Shown: positions 11,268 through 26,193, counted from the stretch's first letter. The stretch: DNA of 64,000 nt from Azolla caroliniana (GCA_043228905.1 JBHGNT010000005.1:2356001-2420000), one strand, 5' to 3'. Translations and numbers: made by a program. Notes: generated from the letters alone by a model not told the origin.

Positions 11268-13979
11268 AGCCAAAGTCACAGACAGACAGACAGAGAGAGT
11301 TGGGTAAAAAGATGTGATCGGGTTGTCTCGGGATCGAACCTGGGACCCAGTCTTTGAGAAATTAATCATAAAGTTTTTTGCCACTACGCTACGTTCATTT
11401 GGTAAAGTTGGGCTTTTTTGTCCTTACAGCATCTCTTCCTTTTTTTCTCTTTCCCATGTGTCGATGACGTGTCATCCTGTTATCCTTGTGATTATGTTGA
11501 ACACTTGCTTGGTGTATTGGAAATTTTGCGTCAGATTACACAAACTAACTATTCAAGTGAACAAAACAAGAATGATGGCAACAGAGGCTTACGTGGCTGA
11601 GGGACTACATCACTTTTACATGGAAGGGAGAATCATTATGAGTGGCACAAAGCTTCCAACATATTGGTATTAATATCCCATCAACTCATATTTGGAACGT
11701 TTGCTATGAATCTACCTACACCTCAACTAGAATGTTTGCTATGAATCTACCTACCTACACCTCCACAATTATTGTATGTTTGAGAATCACCACAACCACA
11801 TTGATACTTGAGGATGGGAATTGAGGTTGATGTTATTCAATGTTATAGTGATTCAAGTCGCTTTGTGGAGTGGAAGTGTAACTTAGATTGCACTATCTCA
11901 CTTAATGCATGGATGAAGTAGAGAAAATTAGAAAATTGTTCTTACATAAACAATTGAGAGCTAAATCCTCAACATCATATCATGTAATGTTATTATGCTA
12001 TTAGACACATGTGTTCAGTCCATAGAGGTGTTAGTCATGCAAAGAGTACACTACTATATCATAAATGTTACAAATATTCACGATAAAAAATTTCGAAAAC
12101 AAGCTTAGCACATAGGATGCAAGGTACAAATAACTAATAAGAGCAAAATCCTCTCATCTCACCGGGTCATAAACATCATGCAATGTTTTAAAAGATGGAG
12201 AGTAAAATATCTATTCATGTGATGCCATGAAGTATGTGACCATGAAGTATGTGACAAAGGATGAAGAAGTAAGATGCAAAAATGTTAAATTTGGAATTTA
12301 TATATTGCAAATAAATTGTTAGACATGCATCGTAGATCATACTCAATTCTCCACCAAGATGAATGATCACAATTGTGCGTTCTTAGAGAGTTTTAACCAC
12401 CTTATTTGTTCCCAGAGTTCAAGCTTTGCCTCTTTGTGGATGATAGAAATTTGATTTTGTTTTCTTTCTCTTTCTCACTCTTTGCTTGTACTCTTCTTCA
12501 TCTTTACAATCATTTTTCTTTTGAGTTCTATTATTGAGGAATGAGCCCTACCATGCTTTTAGTATTATCCAATCCAACAACTTGACATTGACATATACTA
12601 ACACATCCTATCGTTGCACAAATCCATTGCTACCACTGACATGTGATGGTGTATTTACACTCAATTTTAACAAATCGTGCATATATATGCACTTCTAAAG
12701 TCCTACTCTATTGTTTTTGCTTGTTGTATTGAGCAAATGTGTCTTTTTTTAAGCACAAGGTGTTGATATGCATGTTCTCAACATAAACAAAAACCATTTC
12801 TCTATGCTTGAACTCATTGTCATGATCTAACAAACATAGCCTTTGCCACTATACTAATACAATCATGGGATTCAAAGCCTATTATCATTCTTGAAGTTTC
12901 AAAATGACACATGCGACAATAAATGAGCTTCCAAAAGCGAATGAGAGGTGAGAAACATGATTGTGGGATGAAAAGAACTTAGAGAGCAATCTCCTTCTAC
13001 AATTATATAGGGGGTACAAATAGAAAATAGTTGAAACTTGAAACAAAACCAAAACCAAAACTATATATCTAGGTGGATGAGTGTTTGGAATATGAAACTC
13101 AATGATGAATTGTCTGCATATTTGCCCTTTTTTGTGGACTTAATGCATCATTTTTTTATTATGTTTCAACATGAGGCTCCTTTGGAGCACACTCTACATA
13201 TGTAAAATATTATTTTACTGCCATAGAAGTATATCCTGCATTCAAAACTGTGTTTACCAAGTTTTATATACCTTCTCACTAAGAACCTATTGTGCTCATC
13301 ACGTAGTGCAATTACATTGACATTGGTGTCACTGATGCAAGTGTATATACAAAGAAAAAACATTGAGGCCACTCAAATTTGAAAAAATCATGGAGCATTA
13401 TGTAGCATAAGGATAAATCGGAATCGGATAACTTGTGGCCATTTGACTATTGCAATCTTTCATTTCTTCAAGTCCTCTTTTGAGGCATTCCCTACATATA
13501 TATACAGCCATATATACACACTATGTACATATGTATATCCATTAGAATTTATTTTCTACTAACACATAACACAATATCCTTTTATTAGTACAATAATGTG
13601 GTTTTTGTAGTCAAAATGTAACAAATTTTAGAGTATTTATTGTTTGTTCTTAAGTCAAATGAAACTACTAGAATCGCACATCAAAAAACAAAATGAAGGT
13701 TTAATTTTGTGCTTTTTCAAAGAAGAGTTAACATCTATTTCCCGTCAAAGTTTATTGACAATTAAAAGTGGCAATTCTTTATTCCCACAACATGTTTACT
13801 TGGAAACTAAATTGTCAATAGCCTTCAGAAAAAATTGGATAAATAATTTATAGAGGAAACCTTCTCGTGCACTATTGATCGTGTGGAAAGTCAAGCCTCA
13901 AGGTGGTACCAAGATGTCATCAATGCCGATGTGTTTAACATACATACAATGGGCTAATGCAAAACTTTGCCAACTAAGA

Positions 13980-14305
13980 GTGTTGAATAAGAGTTTCAAC
14001 TTGATGACAACATAAGGAGCATTATGCTAAATATTCCTAGGAAATGGCTTATTCTAGACCAAAAAAAGAAGACTTGTGTCGACATGAAAAATCATATGAT
14101 TTATGGAAGGTGGTGTGTTTATATAGAATAGAATCTTCCATCGAGATCGTGTTGAATAAGAGTTTCAACTTGACAACAACATAAGGAGCATTATGCTGAA
14201 TATTCCTTGGAAATGGCTTATTCCTAGACCCAAAAAAGAAGACTTTTGTCCACATGAAAAATCATATAATTTATGGAAGGTGGTGTGTTTATATAGAATA
14301 GATCG
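13980..14305. repeat. Tandem duplication, ~170-bp unit x2
   Basis: gtgttgaataagagtttcaacttga...ttatggaaggtggtgtgtttatatagaataga occurs at about 13980-14132 and again at about 14149-14302. Confidence 0.9.
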
Positions 14306-14686
14306 TGTGTGTACATGAGGCCAACTAAGGTAGCATACTTCAAAAACATGTATGAGGAAATGAGGGGGTAGACATTATGTAAAGCCAAAGGAATGGGCGA
14401 GGGAAGAAAAGAAACTAAGAAATGTATCCAAAATCCCATGGTCTAAAAGTTAAGGCCGACCAATAAGGTTTGAGAGGTTGATCAAATACCTTCCTGAGAG
14501 ATTCAAGTTTCTCTATAGCAAACAAATCCTAAGATTGTTTTCTAATCTATAAGGTAAGCAAAATACTAAGGGTGTGGAGAGGTTTCAAAGTTCTCTAATA
14601 AGGTCGAAGAGCTTAATCACAATCATAAGGTTCAAATTTGAATTGCTAAGGTGTGGGATCATTATATTATCAAACTTAATTCATTG

Positions 14687-15691
14687 ATGGGGCTAAAGGG
14701 CGGGATCGTGTGGGAGTTAGTGATGGTGTGGCTTATTGGGCAACTTGGTGATGTTTATTCATTGGGGAATGTTTACCCCATGTTTCCGATAAACGATGAA
14801 AGCTCTGCCATGTCAAGTGCCATATTCACTTACCACAATGGGGCACTCCTGACAGGAACACTCAAAGTCCACTTTATCTTGTATGGGTTATTTTCAACAT
14901 CTCAAGAATCAATCATTAATGGCTTCCTTGACTCATTGAACACCTCGGGCATCCCCCAATCGAAGCCGTCTGTTCGGGACACATGGTGGAAGATCGTGGC
15001 ATCTAATTATGCTGACAAACGCAATGCAAGTGTGCCCAAATCCATCCAACATGGCATCCAATTCCTCGACTATGGCTCCTCACGTGGCACATCCCTTTCT
15101 CGTGCTGATATCCATTCCTATGTTTTGTCCAAACTCAAGTCCAAGCATCTCCCTTGGCCCACAAGTGCGGTGGATAAGCGACTCTACATTCTTCTCACAG
15201 GCCACAATGTGGTCGTCGAACGATTTTGTACAAGTTCTTGTGGGTACCATGACTTCATCCCTTCTTCCAAGGCCACCAAGTATATGAAAATCCCGTTTGC
15301 ATGGGTAGGGAACCCTCGCTTCCAATGTCCGGGTGCATGTGCATGGCCATTTGCAATCCCACAATTTGGACCCCCCGGTTCCCCACTTCGGCCGCCCAAT
15401 GGGGATGTTGGCATTGATGGTATGATCATTAACTTAGCTAGTATCTTGGCTGGTGCTGCCACTAACCCCTTTGGCACGGGCTACTACCAAGGTGACCCCA
15501 CCATCCCCTTAGAAGCTGCCACTACTTGTGCTGGAGCCTTTGGCCCTAACGCATACCCGGGCTACCCTGGCCGCCTTCTCCGCGACAACACCACCAAGGC
15601 AAGTTTCAACACTTACGGCGTCCGTGGTCGGAAATTTCTACTCCCGGCCCTTTGGAATCCTCACAAGCATGCTTGCACTACCCCCTTATGA
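14687..15691 (+). CDS. EXORDIUM-like / PHOSPHATE-INDUCED 1 (Phi_1) secreted protein, intronless
   Basis: Hydrophobic N-terminus followed by TYHNGALLTG, PSV..WW, FCTSSCGYH, WVGN...QCPGACAWPF, PPNGDVGIDGM, ATNPFGTGYYQG and GRKFLLPALWNP, which are Phi_1 family hallmarks. Confidence 0.92.
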   Translation: MGLKGGIVWELVMVWLIGQLGDVYSLGNVYPMFPINDESSAMSSAIFTYHNGALLTGTLKVHFILYGLFSTSQESIINGFLDSLNTSGIPQSKPSVRDTWWKIVASNYADKRNASVPKSIQHGIQFLDYGSSRGTSLSRADIHSYVLSKLKSKHLPWPTSAVDKRLYILLTGHNVVVERFCTSSCGYHDFIPSSKATKYMKIPFAWVGNPRFQCPGACAWPFAIPQFGPPGSPLRPPNGDVGIDGMIINLASILAGAATNPFGTGYYQGDPTIPLEAATTCAGAFGPNAYPGYPGRLLRDNTTKASFNTYGVRGRKFLLPALWNPHKHACTTPL

Positions 15692-15791
15692 TTAATTGGC
15701 TGTAGAAACAACTCAATAGAAGACCCAATTGAATGAGCCTGTTCTTCCAGCGACAATCCCTTGCAAATTAAAGCCTTACAAATATACACCA

Positions 15792-16197
15792 ATAACATTT
15801 GGAGTTCAAAAATCATCAACACTTGGAATTTATGATTCATTTATTCAATAAGTCTACACCTACAATGAGAATGATTATTCACTCATGTTATATAACATTT
15901 GGAGTTCAAAAATCATCAACACTTGGAATTTATGATTCATTTATTCAATAAGTCTACACCTACAATGAGAATGATTATTCACTCATGTTATATAACATTT
16001 GGAGTTCAAAAATCATCAACACTTGGAATTTATGATTCATTTATTCAATAAGTCTACACCTACAATGAGAATGATTATTCACTCATGTTATATAACATTT
16101 GGTGTTCAAAAATCATCAACACTTGGAATTTATGATTCATTTATTCAATAAGTCTACACCTACAATGAGAATGATTATTCACTCATGTTATATAACA
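15792..16197. repeat. Near-perfect minisatellite, 100-bp unit x4, plus a detached partial copy at about 16425-16503
   Basis: ataacatttggagttcaaaaatcatcaacacttgg...actcatgttat recurs at 15792, 15892, 15992 and 16092. Only one substitution is visible (ggtgttc in copy 4). Confidence 0.97.
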
Positions 16198-17634
16198 ACA
16201 CTTAAATTATCAACACTAAATTTTAACTATGCAAGGGATTTTATCTAATCACTAACAACGTGCCCAATGTGGCCTATACAATAGCTATTACTAATAGAGC
16301 CATAGTTGAGATGGTTGACAGTTATGCCACTTATTCGTAGATTGTAGTGGTTATTTGAAGTTTTCGCTAGATGTCAAATATGACCTATTGAGCCAAAATG
16401 AAACATTTAAACATAACCAAGCTTCACTTGGAATTTATGATTCATTTATTCAATAAGTTTACACCTACAATGAGAATGATTATTCACTCATGTTATATAA
16501 CAACAAGAAGCCATTGTGAGGTTACCCTTTAATATATAATAGATGTGCTAATTTCTGTAATTATGCAAAGGTCGCATAGCAAATCGAGTGTGAAGAAATC
16601 CAAATTAATGGTTACATAAGTAAGGAACTCGTCAGGGATAAACCATACCTTATACAAAGTAATTAAATTACCCACTTAACATGAAAGGTTTCAATACCTT
16701 GGACATTCAGGCTCACTAAAATCATAAGCAAAACAGTTGTGACACTGCTGAGTCTAGATAAACAGGAATCTATTTGAAACACTCTTATGCAAGATGTTTA
16801 TGCCTTGATGAGGTGGGTTATGTTAGACTACATTGACAATTTTTGGGCCCTTGCTTGAAGCCATGTATACATTTGTCAAGATATAATCATTTTTGTTAAA
16901 ATAGTATACCATGATATACTACTTCAATATAGATAAAGATTCTCCAAATTTAATGACTTTGATCCTATGATGAGAGATGCCAATAAAACCAGAACATGAT
17001 ATATCAGGTATGAACCATAGAATAGATATAATGGAAGATAATGTCATCATTAACATGCAAATCGATCATTCATTTATAATGTCAACTACCTAAGGTTTGT
17101 GTAGGAATACCTAGTTAAAAGGGCCGAGGTTTGAGAAGGAACCAACTAGGAGAACAAAGGTTCACTAGGTACAAGAAGACAAAATTCCAAAGAACTACAG
17201 CAAGAATAGTCAAAGCTTTTCCGGCCACACACCAAGGTACAAGTACATGAACAAAACATTTCACAAATGTGATCAATTTGATTTTAATTCTTGCATTGTC
17301 GGCCTATGCACTTGTCAAATGCATCTGAAAAATGGAAAATGACCTAAATGAAATTTAGCATTATAAAATCCAAGTATCATATAAACGATGAACCAGAGAC
17401 TTCAGATTCATAAAACGCAGCATGACTAAAAGTATATGCCCTTATAACTGTAGAATCAAATTTCAATATTAGCATGGGAAAGATTTCATAATGATTTCAA
17501 AATTCTCTAGTATTGCACTCATTCTTCCTCGCATATCACATCCCCATCATCTTGAGTTGTTTCTAAGGAAGGAAGTAATTTTGATATAAAATAACAATCC
17601 CAAAATACAATCCAGGCTGGGAAGGTACAATAAC

Positions 17635-20600
17635 CTAATCCTCATCTGGATCACCTTGTTTCGGGGGCTTTGGTCCACCAGCTACTTTGGCCATTATAAT
17701 CTATTTATGGAATGACTAGTTAGTACATATGCCATGTTAAGATGCAATTAAAAAGTAAAAATATCAAAATCATAGAGCTCACTTGGTCTACTCGTAAGAC
17801 GGTGCATACAGCATCACCAGCAAGCTTGATGGCAAAAAACCTATGTATCGAGAACAATAAAAAGGGACAAAATCAAGATAGCTTTGGATTAATAAAGACA
17901 TAATTAACAGAACCAAGACTCGGTGTAATCAAGAGCAATAAACAAGATTTTGCATACTTGGTGAGATACAAGTCCCAGACCGAGTCTGCAGTCATATCTT
18001 TGCATGTGCCCTGTTCTATGTCCACGCCAATCTTCACATTCCCAGAGGCATGTGATGCATACAAAGACGATATGACTTCTGTTGCATTCAGACCTGCATT
18101 CTCAGCAAGCATTCGGGGAACAACTTCAAAACACTCCCCAAATTTTGCAATTGCATATTGATCAAGCCTGCAATGACATAATTTTCCGGATTAATTATTT
18201 GAAAACGTCAGCTAATTAGACTATAAAAAGTTCATCGGGCAACAGCAACAATTTACAGTTATGGAAATGGTTTTTTCCGAGCATCAGATCAACAAAATGC
18301 CAAAACCTTGAAGCATTTGCCAGGTAATTTGTATATTCCTATCAGATTGTCTCCAGTATATTCTTAGTTTGAAAGTAAGTCACCATCGTGAACAACCCTA
18401 CAACACTAAGCTTACCCGGTTTCTTTGGAAGCAATTTCCTTGAGCTTTCTTGCTATTTCAATTTCAGTTGCCCCTGCTCCCGGAACAATTCGAGAATCTC
18501 TGCACATGGCCTGTGATTATAGATGTACGTGAAGGTTATATATCATAATATATAATTTAATATATTCAATCATTAAAATGATGATCAGGGAGATTCTTCA
18601 TGTATGCAAATACCTTATAGGTATTAACACCATCATCAACTGCTCTTTCAATATCATCCAAGATACTGTCAGTGCTACCTCGTAAAACCACAGTAGCAAT
18701 TTTGTTGCCACCTTCTTCATTCTTCACTATCGTTACCTACATGGAACATGAAGGTTTCCTATAATCAAGTCAAGTGGAAATCCAAATCTTGTTATTTTAT
18801 GATGCACTTAAGATGACAGGAATCTCTTACCCGAGAACCACCAATTTCATCCACAGATACAGAATCCGCATATCCAAGTTCATCGAGACTAGGTGTGCCT
18901 AGTTTTATCTGCAATGTCCTTTGTTATTTTATATGGAAGGGTGGTGAATATAAATCTCAAACTAGGAAAATGACTTACCAAAGATATAGCACCAGTTGTC
19001 CTGCAAAATCTTCTAAGCTCGAATTTGGAACTAATCTTCAGGACCATCAGTCTGCAACAGAGATACCGCAGAAGGCAGATCAGTACTGTCTAAACGATTG
19101 TTACATCCCTAGAGAAGCTCTATTAAGACATACACACACTATCTTCAATGATTTTTCCCTTAACATATACAAGGACTAAAAGTTGAAGAACAAAATATTC
19201 TAAGCTCTTTGGATGGAGGAAGTGACATCATTGTTGACTAGAATGCTTCACATGGGCTATTTTACAAGTTTCTATGATCATAAGTCTAAGCTGCATAAGA
19301 AACTCATCATGACATACATATTACTTAAGAACCCAAGAGTGTCACAAATCACAGTCCAGAGTGATTGAGAAATAGAAACCAATCGATCTTAAGCTCAAGT
19401 TGGAAACCTAATAACTACTCCAAATTGGATGATGTTGGATAAGGTTAAACCACCTTGGCTGATATTAGATGGCAACAGAAAGCAAGTGAAACTTTAAATT
19501 TATTGCACATACTAAGCCCAACATATTTAGGGTTAATAGCAGGAAATTCTTTTTTCATCAAGTTCAGTTGTAACCTGGCTCATAAAATATCCAAGGGTGA
19601 CCACATATTGATGGAATGGTAAATGCTAATACCCTATGGGTGAGTGCTTCTTTTCATTCAAATAACATGGCTTTATATTAACTCTTACATTTTTTAAGAT
19701 ACATGGACAATAAGCTGTGGATACCTCCTGCCTCATACAAACAAAGAAATATGGCCAAATGATAGAAAACCGCTTGAAAAGTAACAAATACATACTTGTA
19801 TCGCTCACAGAAGTGCAAAGCCATTTCACCAACAGTACCCCCACTGACAATAACAGTAGCTCCCGAGTCAGCTACACCTTTGATTAATTCCTCAATCTTT
19901 GCCTCTTCTGACTTTGCATAATTTTCCAGCTATATAAATTGAAGCATTAAATAAAACCATTAGATGGATCTCCCCTAATACTCTCATAGAGATTCTTAGA
20001 ATCAAACAATATTTCATGAATTCTACCGATAGCACCTGCATAAAACTTTCAACTGGTACTATCCACATTCAAATTTATGATTATCCACATTGAAAAACAT
20101 AAAAACATGTATACGCAATCTGACTTTTGCAATAAATCCCTGGGATGAAAGGGGAGGGAAGAAATTCAAAATGTATGTACTTGAACCAAATTTTCCAGAG
20201 TTGAAGTAACCTACCTCATCAGCTGATTTAATCAAAACGGTTCCTTTAGTTTCAGTTGATGAGCTGTCCACTCCAGCACCAAATACAGCAATCTATTAAT
20301 ACAACAATGAAAAAACAGTCAATGTAATGTTAATTTTGATACAGAATGGTAAACAGTTTAACTTTGATTGATATAAAATTCACCTTGGCTTTTTTTGCAT
20401 GTTTAATAGTTCCAACTGCATCACACTTTAAGACCATTCCACGAACCACACAGCAATCATTTATCCCCCCTCCTACTATTTTTGCAACTCTAACGTTATC
20501 AATGTTGAAGTTTGCAGGATTAGTGGGGCACACTTGTATACATGCCTGCAAATTTTTAATAGCAATAAAGATGTTGAAATGTGCGACAAATTGAGAAAGA

Positions 20601-22853
20601 AATACTCTTTATTTCAATCCATGAATGTTTGTTTGCGACTCAAATGAACCAAAAGCAAAGAAAATGGATTCTTAAAAGAACCAAATTTGAAAGGTACAAA
20701 TGTCTGATATGTTAGATGCAACTAAAAATCCTTTATTGGAATGGAACTCGAAAAAGAAGCTTGGTAACATTTGATGAAGCATGCCCACATCTATAATATA
20801 AATAGCTTCTGAATGGATGGAAAACGGTGGAGCCTCAAAAGGCTTGAAGACTAGCTACTCTATAAACTAGAAGCATGTCATTGTAGGAAGTTGGACCTTT
20901 TGATAGGAAAAAATGGAACAAGCTTCAGACTTCAAGGGAGACAAATGTTGATGGGCACTTCCCTTAGTACAGGGAAAAATAAGTAGCATGGAGAATCCCT
21001 ACACTAAATCCGAAATCCAACTTACAAAACTCCTTTCTTTCGTTTTCAGCATTAGAATGCTTGATATTAACTTACATCCGCAATAAGAGGGCATAAAATG
21101 CCTTCTTGTCCCCACTGTTTGCTACCAACTGCAGATATCATCCTCTGAATTACTTGCTCTGTATTCCTAACATCCATTTTCTCTGAACCTGGTTCAACTA
21201 ACTCCTCAAGGAGCTCCATTACCTGGTTCATAATTCAAAAGAATCATCATCCTTGTATGGGAAGTTCAGTTTTAGATACCAAAACAGTTGATCCGCCATC
21301 TTACTTTTGTAATTGCCTTAGTGTAACCAATAATGATTTCACTGGGATGCAACCCGAGTTTAATAAGCTCTTCCGCGCCCTGCAATAGCTCTCCACCAAG
21401 AGAGATAACTAAATTTGCACCATCTCCTATTTCTTCTTGTTGTCCTTTACCTGCAAGTACCAAAAGCTTTGCTGCAGGATGTTGAACTTCTAGTTCATTC
21501 ACAATTGTCGCAGCATCATTGGTCACAAAAAGTTTATCAAGATGATTGATAACCATCTTATTCATCCCTGCCAAAATAAATATTAATACATGAAGAAAAC
21601 ATGACCAATTTAAGAAACCCACAAAGCTTATGTACTCTCAAGTAATATATTAGATCAACTTTAAACACATTAAAATCAATATGCCCATTTACATTCACAC
21701 ACATCAAACATACTAGTAAACTATTCTTCAGAAAATTAACTTACAACCCACACATATGCACTACATTTTTCGAAAATGTTTTAACGATATAATACCCATT
21801 TCTAGAAAAATCGACAAAAACAGATCTATTTTACAGTTTTTGTAGAATTTGACAAAATCAGGCAGAATTAACTGTAGATAAGACTTGTTGGGGCAGTAAT
21901 TGCTAAAATAAGTTGCAAACTAGTATGAAAGAGACTAAGAGATAGGATAAAAAAAATACTTCCTTAGATACAAAAATTAATAGTTGTTGCAAGAAACTGA
22001 AAATGGTCTCATAGAGAATTATAAACACATCTGCAACCATTACATCCATTTGCTTAAAATTTCTAATGAAGTTAACAAGTTACTAATAAATTCCTTGATC
22101 GGTTCTTGAAACTTGGATTTGAATGAGAAATAATAATTTCACATGAACCAAGCCAGTCAAAAAATATTTCTTTTGTGAGATAAAGTAGATATTCGTTAAT
22201 TTATCCACTTTTCGCTTTCATATCCTATTTTCATAGTATGAGAACCTAATTTTGGACGATTTATTCACTTATAATCCATTCCTATTATTAAATATTAGAG
22301 GGAAATAACTCCAGTATATTAAATATTATTAAATATTAGAGGGAATCAGAAAGCATTCCATTTCAAAGTAAACAATATAACATTTGAGAGGGGAACAAAA
22401 AGAAATCCGAACAACGTAATCATTGTGAGAAGGAAAAAAATTCAAACCAGAAGTAAACGTAGCACTTCAGAGGGGAAAAACTTACAATTTAAAATAAAAT
22501 ATATCTTGGAACGCCATACCATATTCGGAAGGAAACAAATAATAGAGTATACGCGATGAAACAAGATATAGCATTTCAAAGGAAAGAAGCGCAAACCAGA
22601 AAAAACATACAAGTTCCAAATGAAAAAGCCATACTATTCTTACAATGGTAAGATCTATCAGATTCTGTTCGCGAAATGCAGATATGTAAGACAGGGGCAG
22701 CATACCGTTAGGACCGAGAGAAGATCGAGTGATGAGAGAGAGCTCCTTGCAAGCATCGATGTTCTTGAGCACAGCTTCATCGAGGCCAGAGAGATGCTTG
22801 TGCCCTTCCTTGAGCATGGATTGGACGCCATAAGGTTGAAACGCGAAAGGCAT
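17635..22853 (-). CDS. CCT8: T-complex protein 1 subunit theta (CCT8)
   Basis: 13 GT-AG exons: 22706-22853, 21305-21567, 21076-21222, 20384-20545, 20215-20292, 19796-19929, 18979-19051, 18831-18908, 18614-18736, 18416-18510, 17958-18167, 17783-17840, 17635-17700. Motifs: QPYGVQSMLKEGHKHLSGLDEAV, SLGPNGMNKMVINHLDKLFVTND, EIGDGAN and C-terminal IIMAKVAGGPKPPKQGDPDED*. Confidence 0.97.
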
Positions 22854-24132
22854 GACGGCAGAGAGACCAAACGCTGAAGAGCGGATGATTTCTGCTCCTC
22901 CGCCTTCTTCTTCTCTGCAACGATCGCGACGAGACTTCTGCTTTACAAGAAAATCGAGCCTTTTTTGGAGGGAAAGGAAGGAAGCAGAAGGTTTGTTTCG
23001 GGGAGGAAAGGAGCTTCTGTTTTAGGTTTTATGTTTTTACAGTTTATGCCAAGACTTTAGCCACCCCATCCATCCCAACAAAATTACATACATATATAAA
23101 CATCGGCCGAACCCCCCCACACAACAAGTGTGTTGCATAGTGAGTGCACTTCTTCTTCTTCTCCTTCTGCTTCTCGAGGGGCTGCCTATCTTTTGGTTCT
23201 TGTTCTTCTCGGCACTACATCGCGTCAATTTTTTCCTAACATTTTTGGGGGTATCTCTGTTGCTCTAACTTTAGCCCTTTGTCTCCGAAATGTGTTCTGC
23301 TTGCAGTAGCCATTTGGAACACTTTCGAGAGTGTCTAAATTGTAGAGAATGTTCGTGATGCTCTCAAAGGTTTCTTTATCATAGAAAAAAGTTGTTCTTC
23401 AACCATGAAGGTGTTCTAGTTTTGGTAAATTTTCGTAACAAGTTCGGGGGGTGGGTTCTCTGTTGTGACATAGCCTTTTGCGACCAATACAAGTTCTAGT
23501 TATGGCTTTGGTAGATCTTATGCCACTTTTTGTGGATATATGTATCTTGCACCGTACACAATGCACTTGGCACCTATATTTATTTTCTCTTTTTTACATA
23601 CATACATAGGCAAATAACTATCCACTTACCTTTGTTGTAATCACTTGCAATTTGTGAAATAGCTCACGAGGACTTGACATGAGGCAATATGGTTATTACC
23701 TTGTTTGGTTCAAGTTATCTCTTAATCATGCCATCTTCCCTCTTTTTAATTTGTACTAGTTTCTCTACGTAATGCTTAAACATTATATGTAGGAATAAAA
23801 CCAACATGCCGAAATATTTTTCACATTTTCCTCGTGCCCCAAAGTTTCCCTTATTCTTCCTATCCTTTTTGTCACTATGTGCTACTTAGCAATTATTTCA
23901 TCAATTAATCCCCTTTTTATAGTCTATTTTGAGGATTGATCAACGGCTTCTATGGAAACCCCAAATACGTAGGGGTATTTGGAGAAATAAAGATGCATGG
24001 GTGATAGTTCAAGTATATATAATACCATGTGCTACGATAATTATTGTCAGCCTTTATCTACGAACATTGTTGGCTATAACTTTGGCATGCCACGATAAAG
24101 TAACTCCCAAATTGCACATCTTGCAAAACAAT

Positions 24133-24609
24133 TGTTATTAGACACCACCCCTGAATATATATGCACGAACGATTAACATTTGGGATCTTTACTTACGACC
24201 GATCCTCCCTAGATACCCCAACCTCCATGTGGAGTTGTTACCCAAATGTGTTGGTGGTTTCCACATCACCTGAGAGGAGCATAAGGGCACGCTAGGTGAT
24301 CTTGTATTGTTTATGGGTGGGGGGTGGAGCCAAGAACGGCTCCAACCCCCTCCCAAGGGGGTTACGCATGAGGGACAGAGAGAAGGAGAGAGAAACAAAG
24401 AATGACACAAAATTAGAAGGAAATTTCTTCTATATTACATGCCCCATAGGGGGGTTTATATAGTACATCATATTGCGGTTACATAATATGACCTTTACAT
24501 TATTGTACACATATTTATCTTCATTCAAACTCGTATACATTACACATATACAACAACCCCTTTATCATGTTTTACCCTTATACCGCCCTATACAGTCCTA
24601 CGGGTAACA
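24133..24609 (-). mobile_element. Probable LTR / solo LTR (TG...CA termini)
   Basis: Bounded by TGTTA...TAACA inverted termini, with an internal minus-strand TATATAAACCCC box and higher GC than the flanks. No matching target-site duplication was found. Confidence 0.45.
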
Positions 24610-26141
24610 CATGCATGCCTGTGAGACAAATGCATCACACAGTGAACCCACTTGCAATGGCAACTCTTATCAACCGGAATTGCATCGGTCGAAAATCCCT
24701 CGACCGGATCACAACTCTATGATCGATAACTGCGATCAGAGCTTCCTTGACCCGAACCTTCTTGTCCGGTCAACACATCTCACAATTGGATCACACACCA
24801 ATCGACTCGTTCATTGTGGTATGGGTCGTAAAATCACGTTGCGTGTATGTGTATTATTCGGTTGCGTCATGTGAGTCGAGTTTTATGTTTTGTACCCCTT
24901 GGTCTCTTAAATTTTTACCCTCAAGTTGCGTGTACGTGCGCTTCCACATCGGCTTCATCATTGTACTCAAAATAGGGATATGACATTGTATCCTCCTCAA
25001 AAAATTCTCCTAATTTTCTGAAGCAACTGAAATGGTCGGATGACCCCTTGTCTGAGCTATTGTCAGTGTATAACTGGGGAACCTCTTTTAATTCCTCTTC
25101 AGCTTCCTATTGAATTTGTTCGACAAAATCCAAATTAGTAGAATTACCTTGTTTGGCACGTCGGCTCTCCGATCTCGTGTGTGGTCCTTTGCTTCCTGCA
25201 GGTTGGTCTGTACTAAGTCGACTAGACGACATTCATTCACCTTGTTCTTTGCTCATAACAAATCCTACCGGGTGTGCCAAATTATTGTGTTATCTCTGTT
25301 GACCGACACAAAGGATTGAACGTCTTAATCAGTAAGTCGTTATGTCAAGAAGATTATGGTTGGAGATGTGATACCTTGACAATTACTCACTCAAAACATT
25401 ACACATATAGTAATTCACCCTACTTTTTTTTTTTTTGCCAAAAAAAGATACTACATTAGTATTAGAAAACCGCCATAAGGCTAAACATACAAGCTATACC
25501 GATCCCCTATATTTTTCTAAAGTCTAACCATTGGCTTGAATAAACACTTTGGTGTTGAGTAGAACCACTCCACCTTACCAAAATTCACCCTACTTAATTA
25601 CAATGATTGTGACATATGAACAGAACAACCAACAAAGCAAGTACTCTAACTACCAAAATTATATTAATATAACTAAAAACATACTGATGTTGATACAATG
25701 CTTTCGGCCCCTTTTTATAGGCAACCTGAGAGAATTTTCCAAGATAATACACTTGCGTACCCGACAAGAACCTACAAGAACCTTAATTGTTCTATTTTCT
25801 TAAATATTCTATTTCCTACTTGGCAAAAATTATTGTTTCATTACTTCCTTTTCACACTAACTTGTACACCTCCGACTCCGACCCCAACTCCAACTCCGAT
25901 TAGTGTAATTCAGCTAGCCAATCGGCTAACATGTATATTGAAAGCCCTTGCACAATCCTCTTCCCTATAGCCTCACTAACACACCCTTCAACTAATCGAT
26001 GTTTTATCATAAAATGGAATTATACTACTCAAACAACAATAACTTATTGTTGCTTACACGAGTTAGATCATTCATACATTAAGACCGAGACAAGTGTCAA
26101 GAACAAAGATGTAAATTATTGTATTCCCTTCTTGATAATGT

Positions 26142-26145
<4 letters not shown>

Positions 26146-26190
<45 letters not shown>
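26146..26190. repeat. (CT)n microsatellite
   Basis: About 22 uninterrupted CT units. Confidence 0.98.

Positions 26191-26193
<3 letters not shown>

Noticed and set aside
11462-11597. ABRE/G-box motifs (ACGTGTC, ACGTGGC) upstream of CSE
   Set aside because: Short motifs with no supporting evidence.
15792-16197. CRISPR-like array
   Set aside because: The units are identical with no unique spacers, the context is eukaryotic, and there are no cas genes.
23285-23420. Heat-shock elements upstream of CCT8 (agaatgttcgtgatgctc)
   Set aside because: Only two perfect nGAAn/nTTCn units, which is expected by chance.
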